Shown here: positions 14,401-27,662 of the stretch, one piece after another
How the letters are laid out: each line of letters opens with the position of its first letter
How positions within the stretch are numbered: position 1 is the first letter of the stretch
DNA from: Klebsormidium nitens
Lineage: Eukaryota; Plantae; Klebsormidiophyceae
DNA: 64,000 bases
Reading direction: 5' to 3'
Assembly: GCA_000708835.1 (NCBI GenBank)
Contig: DF237140.1
Coordinates: forward strand, 1 to 64,000
Position numbers and translations under genes: made by a program
Notes under the pieces: generated by a model
Databases searched by the model: none
What the model was told of the DNA's origin: nothing
The model's input: only the letters and a program-made list of their open reading frames with translations

Positions 14401-15918
14401 TTGTGAAGGCTGCGAAGTTGACCTTACTGACGAAGCTGGTCTCTGCCGGGCTCGACCTCAAAGGGAAGGAGGGAAATCCCAAAAAGGAACCGAAAACATG
14501 AGTATTAAAGTCTGAAGGCTGAAGACTAAACCGCCGGTTGACCACTGTTTGCCACCTTGTCAGCAGCCAGGAAGTCGAATGCTGGCCGTTGTGAAATGGA
14601 AGCGGATCGAACAGAGTCCCCCGAAAAAACGTGGTGCAAAGAGCCCTCAGAACAGTATCCTTGTTCAGCGATATCCGAACGCGTCAAAAACGAAATCTCT
14701 TCGAATCTGGGAAAGCACGAGCAGGACAGTACAAAAGGACCTTGGCTGATTCCAGCGGTTCTATGTCTGCCCTTCGTTTATCTAGGACCGAGACGAGCTT
14801 CGACGGGAGCTCTGAAGGAGACCGATGGGCAGGAACCAATAGAAAGTCCGATGCATCTTGTCAGCCTCGAGTACGCCAGAAACGCCGGAAGTTCTAACGT
14901 CTTCGAATCCCGCCTGAAAGCCCCTTGTGAATCCCAGCCTAGTTGCCCTTAGTGGACCCAATCGTGGGCTCAAACGCGCCTTTGAGACGCGTGTTCAGGA
15001 GCTGCGAGTGGAGCTGGCCACCAGAATCCGTTAAGTTTCTAGCCTACTTCTCCGGTATCGTCAAGTCAAAGATCGCTGAAAGCACATCGCATCCATCCGC
15101 TTTTCTTCATGCGGTTCGAAAGCCTTCAACAAAAGCAGGAACGGATACCGAGGGCACGTAAGGGCTACGACCTCAGTCTTCTCCTGACAAAAAACAAAGA
15201 ACTGCTGATAAAATTCTCTGGTTGTTCAGTATATACACAGATCTGGGGACAAGTGCCGTCAAAGAGCAAGTTGAAAGGAGTTTGTAAGCGTCACACAAAA
15301 GTCGAAGAAAGCATGCACACACAAACTTTGATTTTTTGTGTGCATGCTTTCTTCAACTTTTGTGTGACGCTTACAGAGTTAGACACAAGCCACGCTTACC
15401 TGGTCGGCCTTCAGAAAGTCGAAGAAGGGCCGGAACTCCGCCGCGTCCGTCAGCGCCACCGGCATCGCGCGCGGTTCGCGCACCGCCCGGGATACCCCCC
15501 TCGTTTTCAGTGTGCAAAACGCCCCGCGGTCCATGTGCACCCGGGGGGCGTGCTTCAGCGCGAGCCTCTCGGCCTCCGCTTTCCTCCACCCCCCCTTGAC
15601 GACTTTCGACAGTGTCGAGATCAGCTGTCCGTACTTGATCAGGCTCCAGATCTCCTCTGCCTCGTTTCGGGGGGGCCAGAGAGAGTGTGCAACTAAGTGC
15701 GCGAGGCGGGTTTGCTTGTCGATCGCAGTGCCTTTGCGCGGCATATTCATGGCGAGGGGGGAGGGAATGCCCCCCTTGGAAAGCGTTTCCTCATCTTTGC
15801 GTAGCTGGTCTGCTAAGCGCTCCGCTAGAGCTTGAAGCTCAGGGGGAGAGAGGTCGGCGCATGTTGCGATTTCTGGCTTGAGCGGCGAGGATGTTTGCAT
15901 GGGGGAGGATGTCGACAT
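11497..15918 (-). CDS. RNI-like (ribonuclease-inhibitor-type) leucine-rich repeat protein, 3 exons
   Basis: Exons 15918-15400, 13441-12431, 11724-11497. Motifs DGRMDLCKQVVGP, HFLLGNNVIGP, WYLAGNCI, LWLKRNPIG, LYLSANGI, LYLSVNRIGDSGA; C-terminal VRYIESLYRTRD..KKFWDEGDETL. The start codon is uncertain; ATG at 15918 was chosen. Confidence 0.85.
13545..13915 (-). repeat. Three intronic copies of the LRR gene exon-2 acceptor and start
   Basis: On the minus strand, AG|GTGC... units start at 13896, 13771 and 13604; the real one starts at 13441. The 13771 copy encodes VLWSDTDPNLRARVEF versus the real VPWSNTNPDPGARVEF. Confidence 0.85.
15283..15375. repeat. Near-perfect inverted repeat (39-bp arms) in intron 1 of the LRR gene
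   Basis: 15283-15321 TGTAAGCGTCACACAAAAGTCGAAGAAAGCATGCACACA pairs with 15337-15375 with one mismatch, which is a G-U pair on the transcribed minus strand. Confidence 0.95.
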
Positions 15919-18106
15919 CGTGCTTGATGGGAGTTTCAAAAAGGGCTGTAGATTGGGAAACGATCAAAGCGGCAAAATTCGGTAGGGCAGGCGACAAAAC
16001 TTGCGTTGGCGTGGAAGAGTTTCCAAGCTCACTTTCAACCTTCAACCGCACAGTCTGCAAAGGAAACAATACGTGTTGTTAGGACAACTCGGCCCTGACA
16101 GCTGGCAATAACATGGGGGTTTGAGGCATCCTAATACAAAAGCTCAGCGGAATGTGCTGATGAATGTAAGGGTCAGGTGTGAGTGACTGTCTCAAGTCAG
16201 GAACCCACACAGGGGAGTTTGGCGTTGCATCATGCTTGCTGAGGGGCCTTTGACCAGCTTCTGAGTAAGGGCACTTTCTCAAGACGTCACCAAGTTTGGG
16301 CAAGTACCGGACGTTGCTTCATGAGCCCAACAAAAAGTTTCAGGAGCTTGAAAGAGGGGCCAATTTCAGAGATGCCCCTATGTTCTGTCATACTCTTCTA
16401 AGGGATGAAAACCTTTAAGTATCATCCTATGCCAGCTCAATCTGCAAGTTGTGACGTACAATTAAACGGGCACCTCATGCACTGTATTATGATTGGACAG
16501 ATCTGCTACTTGTACATGTCGTCAGCCATACAAAGAGGCCTTAAAACTCTTCCCATCACCAGAAGCAGACAAGCTGCTTGGATGCTCTGCATATGATCAT
16601 TGTTCAGTGGTCTGCTTGTTTTGTGCCACCCTTAGGCGAATTCAGGCTGTGCTTATTTACATGTTATCAACTGAATGGTGCTCTTGATTTACTCATGATC
16701 TTCCAATTGGGGGTCCCTTCACAAGACGCGGAATGCAGGATTGACTCCTGTCTCTGAATGATGATTAGAGAGGCTTATGGCTGCATTGCTGAACAAAAGA
16801 AAAAGAACTCTGCAACTCTGCGTCTGGACATGTTCATGGTCTTAGTGCTTACACGCTTGAGACTACACACAAACTCAGAGGCTCTGTAGTTCATCAGGCA
16901 ATTCATGTTCCTTGCACAAAAGTTGCTGACAAACGAGGACGCTTCTCTAAATCCCGTTGGCTTGCTGAGTCAGCTCACTCACCAGATTGACTAATCATAG
17001 CCCCTGCGCGCGAGGCGTTCTGTTTGGAAGGGCGCTCAGCAGCGGTGACTTGAAACTTTATCACACAAATTGCGCATACCCTGTGACAATGCGGTGGTAT
17101 CTGTGCATTTGCTGACAGATTTGTCAGGATGTTTGATACATTGACGTACCAATGTTCAACATTTTGGAGTAATGAACACTGGTCCTTGCAGCAGAAGCTG
17201 CAGCCTACAATACGTTGAACGCCTCCGCTTCAAATTTTGAGCTGAACTTTGGGTTCCGCAAGAATCAACAGAATACGATTTTGAAGATGCAGTCTGCTAA
17301 TACAGAAGGAGCCAGAGAGTCCCTTTCCGAGGCGGGCTGGACTAGGTAGCTGGACTTGAAGAGTTTTGAAGCGCTTTTTGAGAGCCAGCTCCAGTGTAGC
17401 AGCCCCATGCTGCCACATCAATTTAATGCCCAGGGTGAGCTCGAGGGAGTTCCCGGGACCAGTACCGCTGGGTACGCACCAAGGTACGTACGGCCACGCT
17501 TACTGATACGCAACCTCCGACCTCCTCTTTGTCGTCCGATGAAAGGTCCAGCTCGTGCAAACCGTCCAAAGATATCCTCAGATTTTCAACGGTGCACGTG
17601 ACAAGGGCTCTCTTGGGTGGTCAAGACCATGCTGATGTGGCAAGTGCTCAACCGCAGATTCAGGATTGCGAGCCGCACCATCGAGCGTGGCGATGGGGCG
17701 CTTTTTGGGTTCGATTTTACCCCCTAGAAACAGCGGTTTGTGAAAGAGGGGGGGTGTTTGACACCAGCAGAACGCAATGTCATGTTGATCAACTGGTACC
17801 AGATCTCAGTGTCAAGTAACACTGCCTGACCCATAGATCTCCATCCCACCTTCTGTGACGAAGGCCTTCGGCCGTCCAAAGTCACGCGTGTGAGCCAACC
17901 TTATCCGTCCCAATCTTTGGGTCCTAATCATTTTCGGCGACATGAAAATCCCGTACATGGGGCACAACGTCGCCTACACCTCCTTGGAAAGAACCAAAAT
18001 CCACCATCTCTTGCAGAGCACGCCTTCAACGGTTGAACTTGCAGAAAGGCGTTCTGAGTTGCAGAAGTTTTGAAGAAGCAACTCTAGCGCCACCTCCTCT
18101 GACGCC

Positions 18107-20853
18107 ATGGCTTCCTCTGCCTGCCTCAAGTCTGTGTCCACGCAGTTTGCCGTGAAGGGCCTGGAGTTGAGCTCCTCAAAGAATGGTCTGAGCGGGAATG
18201 CCGTCACTGCACCAGTCACGAGGACTGTTGCGGCCAGGAAGCAGACGGTCTGCAGGGCTGAGGCACAGGCAGACGTGCCGGCTGTCAGCAGGAGAGCAGC
18301 AGTCGCTGCCTTCGTTGCCGGTATGGCCTTTAGGATTCACATTGTTTTGCCGTGAACATTGGAATTAGTTTCTATTGACCCAAGGATGAGAGATCAGCCA
18401 TCTGTGCAACCCAGCCGTCAATATTTGCCTATGTGATCTCATAAAGAGAAGCTGACCACAAGTGGTTTTTAAAGTCAAGGCATTGCACATCTGGCATTGG
18501 CTGATCTTGAGGTTTTAATATTTGCATTGGCTGAAAACTTGCAAGCTGCAAGCAAGTGCAGTCTCCAGGGTCATATGTGGTGGTTGACTTGAGACTCTTA
18601 CAATCAAAGGAAGTCAGTCCCTTGCTGTAGATTTTGGGCTTAACATCCTTAGGCTCCTGGAGAAATACTCATTGTCATAAGGAATGGGATATGCAGACTT
18701 GGAGAGAATGGTGCTTTGGATCAACCAGTTCATAGCATTGCTGAGTTGGCAAGCGACTTGATGCCATTGTGCGTGGTTAAGGCTGAAGGGGTCAGAGACG
18801 TCTTCCTTTGAGCAGATGAACCAGTCGGCAGTCCAGATACTGTTGAAGTATACATACAAGAGGGCTCGCAGGCTCTGCGTGCCATACTCGCGTGCTCTCA
18901 ACGAACCATGGCTCATGCTCCTGCTAGCAATGTCTTTCTCACTGGTTTTTATTGGTATATTAGCGCTAAAGTATGCCTGTTTGCCCTCCTTGCAGCCATC
19001 GCCGCAACCAAGGCTACCCCAGCTTTCGCTGCCTATGGCGAGGCTGCTAATGTCTTTGGAGCTCCCAAGAAGGACACAAGTAAGTGGCATTGGCATTCTT
19101 GATCCTTATTCTCTTTGCTGCTGCTATCTGTCCCCTTGCTATGCAGCCTCGATGCAGAATACCCTTTGGACGGGACCATATTCTTGTCACAGACTAGTAA
19201 TATCATTTATCACGAGCCAATCATGGAGCCTGTGTAATTGGTTTTGAGTGCAACCTGGGTGTCGACTAGACCGCTGGAGTCTCTCAAAGGTGGCCATTGA
19301 CTTTTAGGAAGCTTTGCTGAATAAAATTAGCATTACATGTACCTCCCGTCAATCTTCTACACAAAGCTTAGTGTGAAGGTTGACAAGTAGGTTGCTGGTT
19401 CCATAAACGCAGCACTCCCGATTTGCTGGACAGACCCGCTCCAATGACGAGGATGGCTGGTCAAGGATGAAAATGGTATTCCGCGTCCGTATCTCGTCAA
19501 AGGATTGCATCTGAGAGATTTCATCTCAAATCTGCAGGCTTCGCTGCCTACAAGGGAAGCGGCTTCTCGCTAGATGTCCCTGCAAAGTGGAACCCTAGCA
19601 AGGAGGAGGAGTGAGTGATAGATGTACCAAGTTTTACTTTAGGGTTTCCGGTTTGCTTGCGCCGCCGTTGCAGAGCACCATTTTTGATATGCCGTACCTC
19701 ACGGTGGAGCATTCCTTGTGGTCAATGAATCCGCAGAGCTTACTCTTCTTTGGATACCACACCGCCACGATCAGGTTGGGCGAACTGCAGGGGTCTTCTT
19801 TGTGCGCACATTGGTTGCAGTATTTACTGTCGCTTGGTAGGCGCTTCCTTAATTAACTCTGCCAAAATTTCATCCGTTGAGAGCGCACTGAATGCCTCAC
19901 AATCTTTCGATACATGCTGAAGATGAATGTAGAAGTATGCACCTTCCGGGGAATGAGGCTAAGAAACTCTTACGATCACTGCCTGAGCTTGCTGCTGTGT
20001 GCTGGTCCAGGTTCGAGGGCACCGTCTATCGTGCTGAGGACAACTTCGATGCCACTAACAACCTGAGCGTGATCATTCTGCCCGCGAAGGAGAGCTCCAT
20101 TGAGGGTTATGGAGCTCCTGAGGAGTTCGTCAACAAGGTGAGCTTGATATTTCGCTTTTCAAGTTCAGAGCACCAAAGGTGCAAGCAAGCCTGTGTTTTA
20201 ACACCGCTTCCCATTGCTGTGGCACCACACAACACCGCTTTGAGATCCCAACCAAAGAGGCTGCCGGAGAGAGGGGCCATGCCTTATCTCCAGGCAAATG
20301 ATGCACCATAGGAATGTCGCCCCTGTCATTTTTCAACCTGGCAAGGACGGTCTTCAGAGAAAAACCAAATGCAGGCGCCGCGCGTTTGACGGGCTAGGTA
20401 TTCAGATTATGTAAATCGATGTTAAAAGTTCAGAGGCAAGTCGTGACATTGAAGCGCATGATTTGGATACATTCAGTCTACCCTTGGTCCTAAATGACTG
20501 CCAACAAGCATGCAGCTGACAAACCTGCTCGTCTTTTGCAGTTTTCGTATCTCTTTGGCAAGTCTGCGTATTTTGGAAAGACCGACTCTGAGGGAGGTTT
20601 CAAGAGCGGCGTTGTCGCAAAGGCCGCTTTCTTGGGCGCCGAAACCCCGAAGGTTGATGGAAAGACCTACTACAGAATCGAGGTTCTAACAACTACTGCT
20701 GACGGCGATGAGGGCGGCAAGCATCAGCTTATTTCCGCCACTGTAAATGACGGCAAGCTCTACATGGTTAAGGCCCAGGCCGGAGACAAGAGGTGGTTCA
20801 AGGGTGCCAAGAAGTTCGTCGAGGGCGCCGTCAACTCTTTCAAGGTCGCATAA
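18107..20853 (+). CDS. PSBP: Photosystem II oxygen-evolving enhancer protein 2 (PsbP), plastid/lumen targeted
   Basis: Exons 18107-18320, 18996-19079, 19538-19610, 20011-20137, 20542-20853. Transit peptide with twin-Arg SRRAAV; mature N-terminus [10 protein letters not shown]; [47 protein letters not shown]. Confidence 0.97.
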
Positions 20854-22431
20854 GCTAGCGAGTATCGTCTGCTCATTGCTCGGCCAGGGGCTCAGCTTGG
20901 TGCATGCAAATTCAGCAGCCTGCAGGTACGATTGGCAGCTCGTAGCAGTGCATTCAGACAGGTCAGGTGATTGGTCAGGTGATTCTTACGCCACAGCGCC
21001 TCCTCAAGCAGATACTGAATTGTCAATACTTGGATACCATAGAAATTACAAGCACATTCTTTGGTTGATAGTATGTTGCATCGGATAATTCAATCCTAGG
21101 AACTGTCTGGAACGACTGCAAATACCGAATAAGCTGGTCTGCAATCACCACCTTGGTCCAATTTTCATCTGCAGACCTGGGTTCTTGACAACGTCAAGGC
21201 TTGCAATTGAAACAGTCAGTGCATCAGACATGGCTTCACAAAGAGCCGCCGCTACATTAATTGCACACACTGGCAATCGACGCCTTTAGTCTCTCAGCCC
21301 TGCGCTTGGACTTGGTATGGTGCGCTTGAACTTGGTATGGCCAAGTTGCATCTGTGCAAGCGTACCTACAGCATGATCTGGCTGGCACATCAAAAGGGAG
21401 GGAAAAGGTGCTCAGCCTGCATGCACCATCTGAGCCTGTAGCTGTTTGTTTGTACGTAGCTTGCTCAAGCTCTGGCGCGGATTGACGCCGTCCCCTATAC
21501 CAGCCCGGATGAAGAATGATCAGATCGACGGCTTGAATCAACAGCTCCATATGTGTACGTTATGCGACGCGCATGCATTGGCTGATTGGTCGTGCTGCTA
21601 TATAATATATAGCAAAGTTTGACACGCAGTATATATATATCGATATATAGCTTGACTGCCACATGAGGACATTCTTCACATGCATATGTGTATATATATG
21701 TCGACGACAGCGCTCTAGCTAAGTAATTGTATCCAGCTAAATATATAGCTACTAGCTAGTAGGCTAGTGAGACGCATCATTAAGTATCCCACACATGGGC
21801 GGCCGGGCCACGTTCTCGCGTGCGCATTGACCAACTAAAACATGAGTCCGCTAAGCCTAGTTCAATTGCAAGCACAGCTGGATGCAAATATCATAAACGA
21901 AGCAAACCTGTTGAAAAGCAAGCTGCATGACGCGGTGCGCAGCATAGCATGTGGGCGGCAGGATTTGCTGAGACCGTGCGTTTGGTTTGTGATCTTGCAA
22001 GCTGATCCAGTAAGTTGGGTAGAACTTTGTATAATGCAAGTTGCTGTTTTCGCCCCCAAACCAACATCGAATCTGATCATCACCGCACGTGGTGAGAATG
22101 CTTCCGGCTCTGCCATTCGTATTGCGTTGGAGTACGTTCAACCGCTGCAGACCTTGAAGTCTGACGGCGCTAGACAAGACGCTTTTTAATCAGTCAATTC
22201 AAAAGACACTCGTGCTAGATTCAATGAAGCGACTCTAAACTCGCAACCAAACCAAGCGGAGAATGCTTCCAACAGGAAATGTCAGTTCGAGCTCTCACTG
22301 TATTCGAAAACATGCTCTCGCCTCAAGAACACTCACGTTTTTTACTTCAACCAACGCAGACGTCATTGCGTCGATGCTTAATAGTTGCCACAACGCTCCT
22401 CGTAACTAGATCCAAACAGTTGCTACCAAAT

Positions 22432-25400
22432 CTACTTCGGTGCATGCTGGACCAAGAAGTTCAGCTGCTGTCCGCCCAAGAAAAGTAGGTCGATAGCAAC
22501 GATCACTGCTGCCTGCAGGTATGACAAAGAAGCACCTCTGGAAGAGTTTTCTTTCGATGATCACCGCTTTGAATAAGATTGAGGAAATGTTAGCGGTTGA
22601 CAGGACAGAAGACTGCTTCAATAAAGCAACACAAGCACACCTGCAGAGCCAAAAAGCGCCCCCTTGGGAAGGCGGAGATCGTTTCTTCTACAATAGTCGA
22701 AACAGACGGTACTTTTTGGCCTCAGATTTATCATCGGGTTGCATTCAAGTAGATGTGCTGCTCACCAGCTTCCCCAGATTCGACCACCTTGTAGACGGGT
22801 CGTTCTTCGCTTCTCGTCGTTGCACGTCGGTCCACCTGACAGCAATGAACACAGCGTCAACAAACTATCAACAATCATGAACCCAATTGTGACACGTCCA
22901 AGCCCTGTGCGCTTCAAGTGAACCAAAGATCCGAGCGGCAGCTATCAGCAGTACAGGTGTCAGCGTAGCCGCAACGCCCTCATGCGTAGTCCTCTTCCTC
23001 CAAGGCAAAACATGCTAAGAGTGGCTGCTCGCACAGAGTCAGAAAACGCTGATGGCTGGCACAGAAAATACTGCCATCTCACTCCTCAGTATGTGTCCAA
23101 AAAAGTCGAAACAGATCAGCCGCTTCCTGATACGAAGGACAAGACAAGTTTCAGAATGCCAAATGTGGTCATGAGCAAGTCCGCTCGCCGCTCACCCGAA
23201 CAACTCGGACGGGCCTCCAACTCCCGCGTACTTGAAGGGCTTGGGTCCCACTTTCTCGAAGTCCTGCATCACAAGCGAACGATCGTTAGGACAGACGCCA
23301 GGCTTTGAGTCCGAATCAGAGAAACCGTATCGAAAATATGGAGAGCTTTAACACCCGACATCGAAGTGTGCACCACACAAGATCTCGCACATGATTAGAC
23401 TCGCCGTTGTTAGAGCGGGAAAAATCTCATAAGGGGGGACCCGAAGCGAACGACTTGACCGCTGCCCCGAACAACGTTGTCGAAGCTGCAGAATTGGATG
23501 TCGGCACTCTTGCTGACAAGAGCAGGTCTCATGTCGCTTTCTCGGACTCCTGATCGATCATTCGCACAACCTTTTTGGAAAAGCAAAAACCCACTCCAAA
23601 TTCAAAGACATTCATCTCAACGGCAATGCTACGACTTATCCCATTGCGACAGTAGTTTGTAGACAGGTAGTTTAAGTTTGGAGTATGCCAATTGAGCACA
23701 ACACGTCACCGATCAAGCGCGCCCTCACCGCGTCATCTGCAGCATCGAAACCGCCGCTGAGCCAGTACAGGTTCTTGTATCCAGCCTTCCGCATAGCCTC
23801 GCAGGCCGCCAAAGACCTGCACAGCAAAAGACGTCAGCATTTGCTGGACACAGGCAAGCTCCGTCCCGTCAAACCTCACTTCAGCACACGTTTGATGAAG
23901 GGTGCAGTCACTTTCAAACGAATCCGCTTTGCTTTCGCAGAACTCGTTCAAGACCGCAGGAAAGATGAGTTCTTTCAGGAAAAACCTGTCTTGCTTCTTG
24001 TCTCGATAGTACTGTCAGGATAGTACTGTCAGATAGGCGGGCCATGCTGCAGAGCAAGCTGCTGCGTATCAGTATTTGCGACACCACTTTTATAACAAAC
24101 GATGACGTAGATGTCCAGCTCTCGTTGTTGTACAAGCTTATCGTTTCAAAATCAGAGTCAGGCGAGCTCGAAAAGCGAGTCAGTGATCGTTGAATTCTTT
24201 GGAGAACGTGTCCCAAACCAGAGAAAGACTTAGCCACGCCTTACAACAAAGAATTTTAATACAAATTTGAGGATGACCTTAAAAGGCCAGAAAACGAAGG
24301 CAAGAACTAATTCCTTGGGCACAGCATGGGATTCAGCATTACGTAAAGTCGTCGGGTGCGGAGCAATTTGACTTGTCTGAGAAACGGCCCCGAAAAACGT
24401 AGTCGATGCAGCTCGGAAGGTCATGAACGATTCAACAAACGAGGATTGCTTTGGTAGGTTCCATTGTAACGTATCCCCAACCCACGTCCATCAAAGAAGC
24501 ATATGCCTTGAGAAAGAGACACACCTGAGGCCCTTTTGGCACACCACGAGCACGTTTGCGTTCTTGTCCCGGATCTGCTTGACCAAATCCGGCATGAAGC
24601 GCCTGGCAAAGAATCGAATAACAGTGAGCTTGATAGGTCAAGGCCTGGAGGCGGATTCGATTGCTGAGGGTATCAACACCAAACCCCGTATACCGACTGG
24701 TCTACAGTCAAACCACATGCGACTGTGCACCACGAGGATGTTGTATAAGGCTCAGGAATTAACAAACCCATAGTTCAAGGCAGCTCATTCTGCTTGGCTG
24801 TGGTTTGGAAAAGCTTGATTCCAAGAATGAACCACCACTTTGGTGTGCAAAGCGGATAATCAAGATGCAGGATGCTACAGGAAGCAGAGCCAGGGAGGGA
24901 CCGTTATGAAGACATACGCGTAAGAAACCTGCACAAAAGCGTCCCCCAACTAGTCTGGCGATAGTTGTGCCCATGCCTCAAAGGGAATGCTGATCGAACA
25001 TGGAAGATGCGTACAATCGCTGAGCAGGGGCTTACTCGTTTGCAGTCAGGTATCGGGTCCCATCCCAAAGGCCACCTGCCATATGGCCAAGCAAGACATA
25101 ACTCAGACAAGGCTCCATATGTGCAGACTGGGGCTTCTTTTGAGGGGCTCTGTTGACGGTTCTGAGTGGAAGAACAAACCTTCACAATGTCAAGGTTCAC
25201 CTCACACCTTTCACAGGGCGGAAGGGAACAACCTTTCTGGGTGGCTCAAGCTAGCTTTGTCAGCGTGAAAGCTGTACAAAATCTGGAAGAGCTGTGGGTC
25301 TTCAGAGACAAATCAGCAGCTTCGGACTGCCAAAGCTGGTCGCGAGGGCCATATTCATGTGCTTCTCCGCTTCAAACCAGATTGGCTAACATTTGGAGGG

Positions 25401-27229
25401 CACAACCGTTAGGCTGGTGCCTTTTACAGTTTCTGAGCTCACCAAAGATCGATTGTAAGGACCAGACAGAAAGAGTAGACTCGCAGACAGACGCTGGGCA
25501 GGTTGCTGCACAGTCTACTCACCGTTGATCAGATGTCCGACTTGCTTTACCAGAGAGCCAGGGGACGTGTGCTTGTCCACTTCGTACATTGGGATCCAGA
25601 TGGAATTCTTTACCCAGGCCTGCAAAAAGACACGATAATCAATTCTTCAACTGGCCTGACGCAAGCATAAAGCTGGTCATCAATCCGAATTGCTCAAACG
25701 GGGCATGATAGAGCAGTTTGCTCGAAAGCGAGCAAAGGCAATTGAGGGGCTCGTATTCAAGCAAGGGCGATAGTCTTACCCTGTCGTGCTCAAAGGAAGG
25801 CCTGACATCCAGGAGGATGTAGTCTGAAAGTTGGACTGCATACCCAGCGTCCTTGGAATTGAGAGGGATTACGCGGCCATCTGAAACCTGTGGCAAGGCC
25901 GTGAAAACGTCAATACAAGAGCGACAACCGCTGTAACTCTAGAAATGTAGGCCACTCTCTTTGACAAGTGTGAAGGAGGGGACCTTTCATGTACCAGTCC
26001 ACAAAGTTTCGACAGCCATCCCTCCTCCAAGCTGCACTTGTGAAGTCTCTGTATGAAGCGTCAGATTGGGACTACCCCCCCAGTCCGGGCGGAACATCCA
26101 TTGAAGTCACAGCAACTGAGTCCATAAGGAGTGAGAGCCAGCCACAGACTTGAAGTGCTGCACTTGCTGGTCCCAAAAAAGCGGGAAACTTCACATTGCC
26201 CTGAAGAAAATCCTCTCTTGAGCGCTTGAGCGCCCCAATTTTGGGGTGTTGAACACAACAACCTGAAGCAACTTTGCAGCATTGTGCTGAGGTGACGAGA
26301 CAAAGTGGAGCGAACGGACGATGACCGATTGACCACTGAGCAAACTGCAAAGAGAGGCTTGATGCTCACCTGAGCCTTCAGTTTGTTCTCTACTTGAATG
26401 CCCTCCTTTATTCTTTCTTCAATGCTCTGTGCTTGACTGCGGACAGCATGCCTCTGCACGACATTCGCCAGACCATAAGCGCAAGGCCAAGCAGTTTCGG
26501 TGATGTCTCTAATGTCACCTACGCAAACTTGCGAACACTAGCAGACAAAAAGGGTTCGCTCCACTAGGGCAACGGGCTCCGTCGAGCTTGCAAGGTCGTC
26601 CTCACTAGGGGTTTCATTGAACTTCCTGAATTTCACTACTTCTTTGCAAAATTCAGAATGAGTGAAATGCATTGTGCCACACTTGAAGAAATGCATCTGA
26701 ATCCAGTTCTTTTTGGATGCTTGTGTGTTTTAGTGGTTTACATTTCTTGCCTGAGCAAGCGAACAAACATTTTCCTGTTTCAAAGCACTAGTACAATGCA
26801 GCCAAGACTAAGCACGCTTACCTAATTGCAAGCCACTCAAGAAACAGACAAGAAGGGTCAGCAAAGAAATGCTGCTTAACTTGCAGTTTGCAACTGGAGG
26901 TTGAAGGATTGGTTTGAATCGTCCATTCTTTTTAAATATCTTTCAAATCATGAAGAACAAGGCCAGCACATTGTCATGGTTTCCTCCAATTTGGGTCACC
27001 AAAGTCAAGCATATCGTACCTGGCTTTTTGAGGGCAATGCTGGTCTTTGCAATGCTGGTCCGGGGAGACCTTGGGCTCCTTGCAAGAAGGTGTTCCGTGC
27101 GACGGCGGGGACTGTTTTGGGAAGGAGAGCTGAACCAGAAGAAGCTGAACCCACACTGTTCTCTGGCTTAATGCTCCCCAATGTGTGCAGGCCTCCGCTG
27201 AGGCGTGCCGCAGTTGCGGCGCCAGCCAT
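22432..27229 (-). CDS. STR11: Chloroplast rhodanese-like domain protein (STR11-like), 10 exons
   Basis: Exons 27229-27020, 26453-26370, 25887-25780, 25619-25523, 25075-25036, 24602-24525, 23816-23729, 23263-23196, 22835-22767, 22512-22432; all phase-compatible. Peptides LLDVRPSFEHDRAWVKNS, VLVVCQKGLRSLAACEAMRKAGYKNLYWLSGG, AGVGGPSELFGWTDVQR, IVAIDLLFLGGQQL match the recalled plant STR11 family. Confidence 0.85.
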
Positions 27230-27662
27230 TATGGACACAAAAAGGGAACAACAGAAGTTGGTTGAAGTGTTTGCTTGGAAAACCAAAACCCGGAGGCCTG
27301 GAGACTGGGCCGGCAATCTCAGCTGCTGACGAGCGCCCACATGAAGGTTCAGGTTCAGCCTTCAGGATCAGCTCTGCCCCACCTCTTGTGAAGCTGGCCA
27401 GCAGGTGCTGACTGAAGCCTGAGCAGTGAAGGGCCAGCTCGAAGCTCCCAAAATGCACTTGAAACCCACTTCTTAACCTACTCCGCGTAGACCAAGAATA
27501 CGTAATAGCTTCAGAATCTACGCCCTCCTTAGGTTTGCAAACCCGGAACCTTTAGAACGTCCTATTAAAGAAAGCTCTTTGAATGAGGCCAAGCTACGGT
27601 TCCAGCTTCCAAGTTTCACCTGCTTGCATGCTGTTCAAGCTCTGATTTTGCGCCAATTCGCA

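Noticed and set aside
16080-17420. Coding-looking fragments (e.g. KYRTLLHEPNKKFQELERG) between the LRR and PsbP genes
   Set aside because: Interrupted by stops, with no recognisable family and no consistent exon chain.
22767-22835. STRWSNL motif suggesting a hAT transposase (TRWNS), plus a CYAAH-like motif near 22000
   Set aside because: The segment is a spliced exon of the STR11-like gene, and the motif order is wrong for a transposase.
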